A DNA stretch of 32,000 bases from Wolbachia endosymbiont strain TRS of Brugia malayi (GTDB lineage Bacteria; Pseudomonadota; Alphaproteobacteria; Rickettsiales; Anaplasmataceae). Under the pieces are notes generated by a model that searched no databases, was not told where the DNA came from, and saw only the letters and a program-made list of their open reading frames with translations. Numbering within the stretch: the first letter of the stretch is position 1; each line of letters opens with the position of its first letter. Shown piece by piece: positions 8,942 to 19,541 of the stretch. The stretch lies in assembly GCF_000008385.1 (NCBI RefSeq), contig NC_006833.1:30001-62000 (forward strand). Direction: 5' to 3'. Position numbers and translations under genes: made by a program.

Positions 8942-10120
8942 ATGAGATTAGCTATTTTTTTAATATTTTCTTATTGAGCACAAATTGTGTTATTGCAAAA
9001 GATGAGATATAGCCTGGCTTACAAATAAAAGATAAATATAGGTGTTACCTGTAGAATAACCCAAGTAAAGAGTCTTCTCAAGGTTATTATAGAACTAATC
9101 CCATTACACGAAAGCTGTGATCTAGTTACTGGTAGTGATGGTGTATTATATTACCCAGGATGGGAGGATAAAAAACTGGATTTATCTGATAGTTATAAAA
9201 CAATTGGTAGGGTGGGTGCTGCTTGCAGAGGCTATTGTCGTAAAATTTACTTAGCAATAGATAATGTACTATATGCAATAAATGAAACTATGGTTATGTG
9301 GAAAAAAGAGTTAAAGTCTTTGGTGAAAGGAAACCCTACAATTTTTAATGATAAACTGGCAATTTCAACTTTAGATGACTGTTTGTACATGCTGGATATG
9401 AGAATGATAGTACAATCTGGTCCTATCATAAGCCCTGTCATAATGATAGTAACCAAATGACAAGGTCAGATTATGTATTTCCTGTGGTTATACACGATAA
9501 GCTAATAGTTCTATTTTCAAATTGGAGAGTTAGTAGCTTTTTTGACAAAGATAGGAAAAGTTGTGGTTTTATAAGTTACCTTCTACTAATATTTTAGACA
9601 CTCAACTTACAGATGTTACAACTGCTCCAGTAGTAAAGCTTAACATATTAATAATAACAAGTAACTCTACTGTTGTTCCAGTTGACGTAGAATTAGGAAA
9701 TCTTTTGTGTTTACAGGTCATGCAAGCAAGAAATATCAGTGATGGGATTATGTGGGGCTACACCGGAGCGGTTATCCTACATGTCATATAAGGATATTAA
9801 TAGTAACGAATTTTTTATGATAAATACAAAAAATGAGATTATGAAAATCGTATTTACTAGTAGTCAGGTAATTTGGGATACTACTTAGTGGTGAATGATG
9901 AACTAAATAATAAACTAAGAAATGCGTATTATGTTAGTCCAGTAATAGAAAATGGAAAGTTATTTATTATGAGTAATAAAGAAATCATGTTTCTATTAGG
10001 TCAAGGGCCTGGCGTGATGAAGGAAGTAATCAGCATTCCTAAGGTGTGTACCATCCTTCTGTAACTCGATTCTTGTAGTTGGAGACTACTGCTTTGCGAC
10101 TGAGAAAAAAAGCTGTGTAT
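8942..10120 (+). pseudogene. Multiply frameshifted remnant of a secreted/membrane hypothetical protein
   Basis: Collinear plus-strand fragments in changing frames: MRLAIFxxIFLLSTNCVIAKDE (signal-like), ...YYRTNPITRKL.DLVTGSDGVLYYPGWEDKKLDLSDSYKTIGRVGAACRGYC..., SDYVFPVVIHDKLIVLFSNWRVSSFFDKDRKSCGFIS, YKLPSTNILDTQLTDVTTAPVVKLN..., YLVVNDELNNKLRNAYYVSPVIENGKLFIMSNKEI. Confidence 0.5.
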
Positions 10121-10245
10121 AGATGTATTGATTTAAGTATCAGCAGATGAAATATCGCAGGTGATAAGAGGATGTTTTGTCGGTATAGCTAGTACAATCC
10201 TACACTGTGTCGCTAACAGATATCATAAGTTACTTTAGTTATGTC

Positions 10246-11406
10246 TTAACTGTATTGATAACTGACAGCTGCATTTTTGCGCAAGTTATCCAATAGCAAG
10301 TTGCTTTGTGTCATAATCTTTTGTTGATATATTTGCTGTTTAGTTGCTTCTGCGTCTACCACATTATTCTTGATATCACACAACATCATTAACCTTGCAG
10401 TACTATTTTCTCTGGATTCTATTATTTCATTTACACTTGTTTTGCTAAATAAAGCCTGTAAATCAGGGTTTAAATCCCGCATCTTTATTTCAAATTCTTT
10501 TGCGTTTGGCAAATTAAAGTTATCTGCCAATTCATCAAAGTTTAAGCAGTTAACTTTTTGTTCCTTGAGATTGTCTAATAGACTTTCTGAGTCTTTAACC
10601 ACAATCTGTTTTAATTTTAGAGTGCTTTCCAGCATTGCATGATCAAGTTGTACTTTATCTATTACTTTTACGATAGAGTAATCTTCACTGGAACTGACTG
10701 GACCTGCTATGTCGCCGGTTTTTAATCCTTCTAAAATGCTCTTGAGGTTGCCTTTTAGTTGGTTTAAATTAACAGTTACTTTACGCATCTTTATTGGAGC
10801 TTCTGGAATGAAGTCGTTATTATTATTGCGTAATTTTTCTACTAAATCTTCAGCTATACCGTAAACATCTGCATCTTTCTGATTGGGAATTATAAACTCT
10901 TGGAATGTGATAAGATAATCCGGCTTTTCTATTTGTCCTTTTGCGTTGTTTACTTCCTTGTCGCTTATGTTAATAAATGGCACAATTCTTACTTCAATAA
11001 TTTTGTCCCACAAAAGCTGACATTCTATTTGCCTCTTTAAAATGTTAAGGCCTATATTGTGCTCTTTTGCGTATTGATCAACTTCATTGTCCTTAAGTTT
11101 AAAGCTTTGAGTTAGGAATAACACGACAGCATTGCTTAACTCTTCATCACTTAATTTTATGTTTAATCTTTGTGCTTCGTTGATAATGATAATTTCGTCT
11201 ATTAGCTGCTTTAAAATTTGAAGCTTTAGTTCATTTTTATCAATACTCTGGGTGCCAAACAATGAATGTGTCAAATTAATGCGTTTTTCAATATCTAGAT
11301 TTGAGATTGGCTCGCCATTTACATCTGCAATAATTTCAATCTCGACTGCAAGCAACTTGATTGGCAATATTATCAATAATAAAATTAGTATTTTATGCAT
11401 AAGCAA
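10246..11406 (-). CDS. SurA N-terminal domain-like periplasmic chaperone / PPIase-type protein
   Basis: 386 aa; N-terminal signal sequence MLMHKILILLLIILPIKLLA, SurA-like VNGEPISNLDIEKRINL, LKLQILKQLIDEIIIINEAQRLNIKLSDEEL. Confidence 0.78.
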   Translation of the reverse strand: MLMHKILILLLIILPIKLLAVEIEIIADVNGEPISNLDIEKRINLTHSLFGTQSIDKNELKLQILKQLIDEIIIINEAQRLNIKLSDEELSNAVVLFLTQSFKLKDNEVDQYAKEHNIGLNILKRQIECQLLWDKIIEVRIVPFINISDKEVNNAKGQIEKPDYLITFQEFIIPNQKDADVYGIAEDLVEKLRNNNNDFIPEAPIKMRKVTVNLNQLKGNLKSILEGLKTGDIAGPVSSSEDYSIVKVIDKVQLDHAMLESTLKLKQIVVKDSESLLDNLKEQKVNCLNFDELADNFNLPNAKEFEIKMRDLNPDLQALFSKTSVNEIIESRENSTARLMMLCDIKNNVVDAEATKQQIYQQKIMTQSNLLLDNLRKNAAVSYQYS

Positions 11407-11625
11407 GGCTATTTAGTTCATAATCAATTCTATAATAAATATTAAGTTAATGCTAGCCAATAGGTGACCTTTAAAGATTTTTGTGGAATAGATATATTTG
11501 ATTTCCTAATATAGTATTATTATTTTACTATAAATTAACAAAGTAAATAAAAATTTTTAACATTTTCAGATTAGGTATTTTGGTCCCTTAGGTGTAACAT
11601 TGTTGAGAGATAAACTAGTTTATAT

Positions 11626-12954
11626 ATGATGAACACGGATGAAACTATTTTTGCCTTATCAACCGTATTTGGTAAGTCAGGAGTTGCAGTAATTAGGATT
11701 TCAGGTAATCATGCACTTAAAGCTTTAAATCACTTTCATGTTAATAAAGATATGAAACCAAGGTTTGCTACTTTGGTTGATCTGTATGATAGTTCCGATC
11801 AGTTGATTGATAATGGAATAGCAATTTATTTTCCTGCTCCAAACAGCTTCACTGGCGAAGATGTTATAGAATTACAAGTGCACGGAGGAAAAGCAGTCAT
11901 AAAGATCGTTTTGGAGGAATTGTCAAGAATCTTTGTCATGGCTAAGCCTGGGGAATTCTTACTTAGGGCTTTTCTGAATGGCAAGTTTGACTTAACGCAG
12001 ATAGAAGGGATTGCAGATTTAATCGATGCTGAAACAAAGATGCAAGCTAAACAAGCAATTAAGCAGATGTCAGGAGAATTGGAAAAGCTATACAGTAGTT
12101 GGAGGCAGAGATTAATAGCAGTGCAGTCCAAAATTGAAGCATATATAGACTTTCCAGAGGATGTTGCAACAGAAAAAAACGAACTGGAAAAAATCAATGA
12201 TGAAGTGCAAACTCTTGTGCAGTCAATACAAGAGCATTTGAATGATAATAGGCGGGGCGAAAGATTGCGTGAGGGTTTGCATATTGTAATAACTGGTGAG
12301 CCAAATGTTGGTAAATCAACACTATTTAATTTCTTGGCCAGGCGCGATATTGCTATTGTTTCTGAATATGTAGGCACAACAAGGGACATACTTGAAGCTC
12401 ATATTGACATTGGCGGATACCCAATCATTCTTTCTGATACTGCTGGAATTCGTGAGAGTTCAGATCCGGTGGAATCAGAAGGTATAAGTCGAGCAAAAAA
12501 GAGGTCTTGTGAAGCTGATTTGAGAATAGAGCTATTTCCTTTTGAGCAGCGTTATAACATCAATTGCAATGTTATAAGTAGTAACACTATTTACGTGTTG
12601 AGCAAAGCTGACGATGTTATCAATGATCACGATATAAAAATTAGCGACATAGATTTTTTACCTGTTTCTATTTTAAAAGGAATAGGCACAGAGAAACTAG
12701 TCTCTGTGATTAAAGAAAAAGTAGAGGAAAAATTTGTCTATGATAGAGATGTTCCTGTAATTACCCGGCAAAGGCATAGGAATTGCATGCAGAAAGCTAT
12801 AGAACATTTACGACGTTTTAATATGAACAATCCAATTGAGTTGGTATCTGAAGACTTAAGGCTTGCCGCATCTGAACTTGGTGTAGTAACCGGGATTATT
12901 AATGTTGAAGAAGTATTGGATGATATATTCAATAACTTCTGTGTAGGCAAGTGA
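11626..12954 (+). CDS. mnmE: tRNA uridine-5-carboxymethylaminomethyl(34) synthesis GTPase MnmE
   Basis: 442 aa; [59 protein letters not shown]-terminal FNNFCVGK (CxGK-type end). Confidence 0.95.
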   Translation: MMNTDETIFALSTVFGKSGVAVIRISGNHALKALNHFHVNKDMKPRFATLVDLYDSSDQLIDNGIAIYFPAPNSFTGEDVIELQVHGGKAVIKIVLEELSRIFVMAKPGEFLLRAFLNGKFDLTQIEGIADLIDAETKMQAKQAIKQMSGELEKLYSSWRQRLIAVQSKIEAYIDFPEDVATEKNELEKINDEVQTLVQSIQEHLNDNRRGERLREGLHIVITGEPNVGKSTLFNFLARRDIAIVSEYVGTTRDILEAHIDIGGYPIILSDTAGIRESSDPVESEGISRAKKRSCEADLRIELFPFEQRYNINCNVISSNTIYVLSKADDVINDHDIKISDIDFLPVSILKGIGTEKLVSVIKEKVEEKFVYDRDVPVITRQRHRNCMQKAIEHLRRFNMNNPIELVSEDLRLAASELGVVTGIINVEEVLDDIFNNFCVGK

Positions 12955-13001
12955 AACTTTTATGGATTGCTTGAAGTCGAATATTGTGATAAAAAAGAAG
13001 T

Positions 13002-13089
13002 GGACGGATGGCCGAGCGGTTTAAGGCACCAGTCTTGAAAACTGACGTACGTGATGAGCGTACCATGGGTTCGAATCCCATTCCGTCCG
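13002..13089 (+). tRNA. tRNA-Ser (anticodon TGA)
   Basis: Acceptor GGACGGA/TCCGTCC; anticodon loop CTTGAAA; long variable arm GTACG-TGATGAG-CGTAC; T-arm GGGTTCGAATCCC; class II structure, 88 nt, CCA not encoded. Confidence 0.95.
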
Positions 13090-13329
13090 CGTGCCACGTA
13101 TAGTATGCTTTAAGCAAGCATTGTTAGCCTGTTTTTCCCATTTAAACGTATACGCTTAGTTTTATTGCAATGATTTAAAGATCTTCCGGAATATCCGATC
13201 TATTTCATTTATTGGCACAAGTTTAACTTTCGCATGTGAGCCATTCTGCTGACCTATATAAGATTAAATACCCCTTAGCTATTTGGGAAAGTTTGCGGAA
13301 ATATTGTGCATTTTTAATAAAATTGCTCT

Positions 13330-14335
13330 AAAACATGAACCTAGCCTTAGTTTTAATAGCATAAATGTTACTATCCCAATCTGCTAATAAATCTACCTTA
13401 TGTCCAGTTCAGTTACGCCAAAAGTATAGATTAGCAGGCAACCCCTGATTGAGACGCCTCTTAAAAATCTCCAAAACAGTCAAGTTTTCAAACAGAGCTC
13501 TTTAAGATAGTGTGTTTCTAATTGACTCTCCTTTTCAAAGTTGAGGAGTGTACAGATAAGGCTGGTGTCATAAAAGTATAATTTTGACATCTTGATTAGG
13601 CGATTGCTGAAACTTTGATGGAATGGCTGAAGAAAAAATATTAATTAGCTTCCAAGACATTCAGCCACTGTCATAAGGTTGTATGAGAAATACCACAGTC
13701 TTGGGCAAGGGATGATAGATTAAGAATCTGACCTACTCGCCTGCACACAATTTGAGGAAAGTTTGGAGTCTACCAATATTTTCAATATTTTTAAGTTGTC
13801 GAACATTTTGCTCAATGTAAATTTGGGTGTAACTGGGATAAAAATCTAATGGATACATGTTAAAACTATGTAACCTAAGATGCCCCCTTAAAAATAGCTG
13901 AGTTAATGTTTATTGGCATACCAAGCTCAGATAAGCTCAAAAGGTAATAGTGTTGTTATGTCTATGCGCCCTGGGAAAAGATCGGGAAACGTGATGACTA
14001 GAAACAAGTTTTTGAGGACCTGTTAATACATATCGACCTTTTACAGGAAACTTGTCAACTATTTCTGAAGGTACGATAATAGCTCAGGAACATGCTTTAC
14101 TTTGCCAAAACAGCACCCTGCTATAATTAGCTAAAAACGCCCTAGGATCATTTTGCGCCTAAAAACTGATATCGATATTTTCTAAAGATATGTATGGCAG
14201 GTGCTTAAACAATATTTTAGTGATAGTTATTTTACCATACTGTCTTGGTCCTATAATACTTAAAATAGAATGAAGCTTGAAAAACCTTTCTGAAACTGAA
14301 ATTATAGCACGCAAATATATAAATTGAATTTTATA
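13330..14335 (-). pseudogene. Degraded DUF4143-type AAA+ ATPase (ATP-binding protein)
   Basis: Reverse-strand fragments in order: FHSILSIIGPRQYGKITITKILFKHLPYISLENIDI, DPRAFLANYSRVLFWQ, GRYVLTGPQKLVSSH, (SQLHPNLH..A.CSTT) region, CGISHTT, FENLTVLEIFKRRLNQGLPANLYFWRN.TGHKVDLLADWDSNIYAIKTKARF; numerous frameshifts/stops. Confidence 0.8.
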
Positions 14336-14399
14336 GTTTCAATATGCAAATGTACTATAAAAGGTTAAAAACAGCAAGCACTTGAACAAATATTATGAT

Positions 14400-14555
14400 T
14401 TGAAAACAGGGAGTCAGGACTGAAAACTACTTGACAAACTCTCTGCCACCTTGTTACTATAGCACTGAAGCTAATTATTTATTTTCTCTGTACGGATTAA
14501 ACGGCAAAAAGACTTAATGTATCTATTGTCTCATGTTTAATTTTTTGCGCTATAT
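14400..14555. repeat. Non-coding repeat copy (partner at 7263-7430)
   Basis: 'TGAAAACAGGGAGTCAGGACTGAAAACTACTTGACAAACT' plus downstream 'ctgtacggattaaa...attgtctcatgtttaatttttt'. Confidence 0.5.
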
Positions 14556-14875
14556 ACATCTCATTACCAACTAATGCTGTAATTCGCGCCTATCAGGTGC
14601 TTAAAAACAAAAAAAACGCCAACTGATTAAATGATAGTGAATAACTAGCTGTCACGGGGTTTCTTTTGCCTTTTTTCTTTACTTAGTAAATATCTTAATA
14701 TTTATAACTAAAGATTTACTAACAATCTCTGCCTGTTAACGGTAGCGGTATTACGTAGGAGCTGCACTAGCTATAGTATATAGAATTCCAACATGTCTAC
14801 ATCTCTGGATGAGATCGCTTGGCTTTTTGCCATATAATATTAATATATTATTGTTATTTTTGAGTTGGGGTACAT

Positions 14876-16871
14876 ATGGCTAGAAACTACTATGAAATAC
14901 TAGAATATGTTGCTCCAGAAGAAATAAACAAAGCTTATAAAAGATTAGGATTGAAATGTCATCCTGATAAACTTCTACCTAAAAAAAGAAAGATATCAAG
15001 AATTGTTAAAAAAGCGATTAATGGTGCTGCTTTATCTAAGCTTGAGTTGGAAGAGATGCAAAGTCTGTAATGTTGTTCCTAGAAGTTCAAGGGGCATATA
15101 AGGTGTTATCTAATCTAAAGAAAAAAAAGATATGATAAAATAATTATAAAAGAAAAATATAGTAACACCTGGTGATTTATTTTCAGGTTATATAAGGAAA
15201 CAGCCATACGATTTCTTGTATCAACCAATTCTTGAGAATAATCTAGGATCTGTATGTATGGTAGTAGAAGAATTTAGCATCGATATTAACGTTAAATATG
15301 ATTATGTATATTAGCATTACTTCAATTGATTATGTGATTAAGAAAAATCATGTGCAAATTATTGATTGTTTGATCAGCAAAGGAACGAAAGTATCTCTTA
15401 TTGACACTTTACGCCTTGCTATCAAATTAAATTCTTATGAAACTGCGGGCTTGCTGTTAGAAAGTGTGATGTAAACGATATTAATATGCAAAATAGTGAC
15501 AGAAATACGATTTTCATTATTTTTTTAAATATTTTAATAACCCTGGTTCTGGTGGTTTTGTTTTTAAGCAAACGTCGTTTAACTTTGGTGCTTTTAATTT
15601 TTTTATCGACCTTCTTCCAAAACATCTTCTTTCAAAAACAGTAGTGACACTAATGTTAAGAAGAAATGCAAGATAGTAACGCCAGTTGTAATACAGGTCC
15701 TTTCTATAAGGGTGTGATTAAATTTCTTAATCAGTTTCAGTCCCGAGTAAACTCAGAACAATCTAGAGAAGACTATGTAAAAGAGAGTATAATTATATCC
15801 CTTGAGGATGCTATTTCCCCTTTTTACTCACTAGTAGATAAAGGTGTATGTTACACTATTCCAAATAGTGAACGTATAACGCTGCTTGATATATGTGTTA
15901 ACCAGCTTGTAGATAATCATAGAAAAATAGTTCATGGAGTGATTCTCCTTTTATCGCGGTTGCGTAGAAACAGAAAAAGCATGCTATTCAATGATAAGTA
16001 TTTTTGTTGAGAAAGGAATTGTGGAATTAAAGGATGAAAACGGTACTCCTATATCACACAAAATTATAAAACATAATATTTATCCGCACATAGAAAATAA
16101 AATAAATGTTAGCTTAATGGAAGAGGATAGCAATGGCAAAAACTTGTTAGTTAAAGGATGTTGTGATATTTCTACTATAGAATCTTTAATTAAAATGGAG
16201 TAGAATAAATACTCCTGATTCTCTAGGATAAACTTTGCTGCATCAAGTTATTTTGGAATATTGTGACAGTGTTGAGGGAATAGATTAAGTTTTGAACCTA
16301 AAGAGATAAATGAACGTTTTTATCCCAAGTTAGAGGCATTAATAAAAGGTGGGACAAAAATTAATGCTAAGGACAGTAATGGCAAATCTCCAATAGCTCT
16401 ATTGGTAGATGTGAAAGTATGAAGAAAGGTGTTGCTTATTCTGCTAGGAAAAATCAGATGTACTTAAGAATTCATTAGAAGTTTTAGGGGTAAAACAAGA
16501 AGAGGAAAATACCTGAAGGTAAATAGGAGCAGCGTGAAATACCAGTTTCAGATCAAGCAAATAATATCCAAAATGGTGATGTATAGCCAAGTGACGTGAA
16601 AGAAGAAAAAATACCTAAAAATAAGCAGGAGCAGTTAGGTCAACCTAAAATACCGGTTTCAAGTCAAGTGAGTAACACTCAAAACAATAATCAGCAGCCA
16701 AATCTGCAAAGTGAAAATGGGAGCAAGCTGCCTATTGCGGCTGCTTCTATGCTAGCAATAACCGGAATTGCTTTTAGGGGTAGCTATTGCAGTTTACCTA
16801 GAAATGTTAGCAGTAGAAATAGCAATCGGGGTTTATTATCTTGTTGCTACTACAATCCCATATCATTGTAA
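14876..16871 (+). pseudogene. Fragmented J-domain plus ankyrin-like protein with C-terminal hydrophobic segment
   Basis: 14876-15070 MARNYYEILEYVAPEEINKAYKRLGLKCHPDKLL (J-domain with HPD); then ITSIDYVIKKNHVQIIDCLISKGTKVSLIDTLRLAIKLNSYETAGLLLESVM; 15666-16010 (SLEDAISPFYSLVDKG...ITLLDICVNQLV); 15991-16203; KINAKDSNGKSPIALLV (ankyrin-like, about 16359-16410); 16596-16871 with SKLPIAAASMLAITGIAF. Confidence 0.55.
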
Positions 16872-17027
16872 TGGGCCCTCAAAGTCGCTTAGAAATAGCA
16901 AGATCCAGGAGGTTTCTGGAAACATTCCACAACCCACTTCATAGAATCAAAAGGACTCATTAAAACATTTTTTTACTTTTCATCGTATATTTCTCAACAT
17001 ATTATCTTTAAGTACTAATATAATAAT

Positions 17028-19478
17028 ATGGCATTATTGATAGTTGAGTCACCTGCGAAGGCAAGGACGATAAGTAAATATTTAAGTAAAGAGTTTAAAG
17101 TTGCTGCATCTTTTGGACATGTGAGAGATCTTCCAGTGAAGAACGGTTCTGTTGATCCGGATAATGATTTTGCTATAAAGTATGAAATTATTGAGAAGGC
17201 AGAGAAATATGTAAAAGAGCTAGTAAAGGAGGCAAGTCAAACATCAGATATATATCTTGCAACAGACCCAGATAGAGAAGGGGAAGCAATAGCCTGGAAT
17301 GTAATAGAGGCACTGAAGGAGAGGAAAGCAATCAATGATAAAAGCAACATTTATAGAGTGGTCTTTAATGAGATAACAAAAAGGGCGGTGCAAGAGGCAG
17401 TAAAGAATCCACGTGAAATAAATATGGACTTAGTGCGCGCGCAGCAAGCACGGAGAGCTTTGGATTATCTAGTTGGATTTAGCTTGTCACCACTGCTGTG
17501 GACAAAATTGTCTGGAAGCAAATCTGCAGGGCGAGTGCAGTCTGTTGCATTAAAGCTTATATGCGAACGAGAAGATGAAATTAGTAAATTTGTATCACAA
17601 GAGTATTGGAGCATAAGGGCAGAAATAAAAGATAGCAAAGGCGAGACGTTTTTTGCTATGCTCAGCCACTATGATAATAAAAAGCTAGAAAAATTTGATA
17701 TTAAGAACGAAGAAGAAGCAAAAGGCTTAGTTAAGCAAATTGAATCAAGGCAATATGCTGTAAGCACAGTAGAACGCAAGCAAGTTAAGAGAAATCCACT
17801 GCCTCCATTCATTACTTCAAGTCTTCAGCAAGATGCAGTAAATAAGCTGTATTTTAATGTGAAAAATGTTATGCGCATAGCGCAAGATTTGTATGAAGGT
17901 ATTGATATTGGTGGCGAAACTGTAGGGTTGATAACCTACATGCGTACAGATGGGTTTTATATTGCAGATGAAGCTGTAAACTCAATCAGAAGGTCAATTA
18001 AGTCATTGTATGGTAATAAATATTTACCGAAGTCTTCTCGTCAGTATGTAAAAAAGGTTAAAAATGCTCAGGAAGCGCATGAAGCAATTCGTCCAACTGA
18101 TATAGATAGAACGCCAGACAGCATTAAGGATTACTTAACGCCAGAACAATTTAAATTGTATGGTTTGATTTGGAAAAGAACCATTGCAAGTCAGATGGAA
18201 TCGGCAATCCTTGATCAAGTGGTAGTTGAAATTAGTTCTACTGATCAGAAAGTAATTCTGCGAGCAAGTGGATCGATCATATTCTTTGATGGTTTCTATA
18301 AGGTTTATAAAAATAACGTGGATGGTGAGGACGAGAGCATGATACCTACTATGAAAGAAGGTGAGGAATGCAAGCTAATTTCTGTTGACCCAGAACAACA
18401 TTTTACTCAACCTCCATCACGTTATAGTGAAGCAAGTATCGTCAAGAAAATGGAAGAAATTGGTATAGGACGTCCATCGACTTATGCAGCAATTATTTCA
18501 GTGTTACAGGATCGTGAGTACGTTACGTTGGATAATAAAAGATTTATTCCAAGCAGCCGCGGCAAGATTGTTACCATATTTTTAGAAACTTTTTTTCAGC
18601 GTTGTGTAGAGTATGATTTCACAGCACAAATGGAAGAAAAGCTCGATTTAATCTCAAACGGGCGTGCAGATTGGAAAAAGGAACTAGGTTATTTTTGGGT
18701 GCCATTTTTTAATCATGTAAACTCTGTCAAGCAAATGACGCATGATGAAATTTTTAACGGCATTCGTGATTTAGTAGTTGATTGGTTTTGTTCAGAAGAA
18801 GGAAAAAAAGAAGTAAATAAGAAATGTCCAGATTGCCCCGATGGTATATTAAAATTAAACTTTGGAAAAGCTGGGGTATTTCTTGGATGTTCTAACTATC
18901 CTACATGTACCCATACAAAAGAAATTACTGGCAGTAATGACAACTCAGAATATCCAAAAAGCTTGGGTATAGATGGTGTAACGGAACAGGAGGTGGTAAT
19001 CAAAAAAGGTCCTTTTGGCCTTTACCTGGAGTTTAATAGTGAGTCAGAAAAGAAAAAAACGGTTTCCATACCAAAAGATATAAATGTTAATGATATTGAT
19101 CTTAGTACCGCTACCAGGCTGCTCTCCTTACCAAAAGTAATTGGGGAACACCCTGAAACCGGAAAAGAGGTAAAAATAGGCCTTGGACGGTTTGGATACT
19201 ATATTTTTTATGATAGTAAATACTTTTCTCTTAAAAAAAGTTTCAAAGAGGTATTGGAGATACAATTAGATGAAGCTGTGCAAATTATTGCAAACAGCCC
19301 ACGCAAGGAGCTAAAGTCCCTTGGTTTTAATGAAAAGGGAAAAGAAGTTTTCATCTGCAATGGTAGGTATGGATTCTATATAAAATGCGGTAAAACAAAT
19401 GTTGCTTTAGGCAAAAATGCAGATATTGAAAGTGTAGATCTGAGGAGAGCTCTGGAATTGATTAAAAGTAAGAAGTAA
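17028..19478 (+). CDS. topA: DNA topoisomerase I
   Basis: 816 aa; MALLIVESPAKARTISKYLSKEFKVAASFGHVRDLP, ATDPDREGEAIAW, SAGRVQSVALKLIC, GLITYMRTDG (active-site Tyr), C4 zinc motif CPDCPDGILKLNFGKAGVFLGCSNYPTC. Confidence 0.97.
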   Translation: MALLIVESPAKARTISKYLSKEFKVAASFGHVRDLPVKNGSVDPDNDFAIKYEIIEKAEKYVKELVKEASQTSDIYLATDPDREGEAIAWNVIEALKERKAINDKSNIYRVVFNEITKRAVQEAVKNPREINMDLVRAQQARRALDYLVGFSLSPLLWTKLSGSKSAGRVQSVALKLICEREDEISKFVSQEYWSIRAEIKDSKGETFFAMLSHYDNKKLEKFDIKNEEEAKGLVKQIESRQYAVSTVERKQVKRNPLPPFITSSLQQDAVNKLYFNVKNVMRIAQDLYEGIDIGGETVGLITYMRTDGFYIADEAVNSIRRSIKSLYGNKYLPKSSRQYVKKVKNAQEAHEAIRPTDIDRTPDSIKDYLTPEQFKLYGLIWKRTIASQMESAILDQVVVEISSTDQKVILRASGSIIFFDGFYKVYKNNVDGEDESMIPTMKEGEECKLISVDPEQHFTQPPSRYSEASIVKKMEEIGIGRPSTYAAIISVLQDREYVTLDNKRFIPSSRGKIVTIFLETFFQRCVEYDFTAQMEEKLDLISNGRADWKKELGYFWVPFFNHVNSVKQMTHDEIFNGIRDLVVDWFCSEEGKKEVNKKCPDCPDGILKLNFGKAGVFLGCSNYPTCTHTKEITGSNDNSEYPKSLGIDGVTEQEVVIKKGPFGLYLEFNSESEKKKTVSIPKDINVNDIDLSTATRLLSLPKVIGEHPETGKEVKIGLGRFGYYIFYDSKYFSLKKSFKEVLEIQLDEAVQIIANSPRKELKSLGFNEKGKEVFICNGRYGFYIKCGKTNVALGKNADIESVDLRRALELIKSKK

Positions 19479-19541
19479 AGGCATGCATGATTTAAATTTA
19501 CTGAGACTTCATTCAATTCTAACACAGGAACTTTTCTTATA

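Noticed and set aside
11826-12389. 187-aa minus-strand ORF opposite mnmE
   Set aside because: It is antisense to a confidently identified conserved gene, and no start/SD or family support was seen.
12929-13117. 62-aa minus-strand ORF over tRNA-Ser
   Set aside because: It is the antisense translation of the tRNA (GMGFEPMVRSSRTSVFKTGALNRSAIRP), a typical false ORF.
15422-15625. 67-aa minus-strand Lys-rich ORF
   Set aside because: It is low-complexity AT-rich sequence antisense to the J-domain/ankyrin relic region, with no support.
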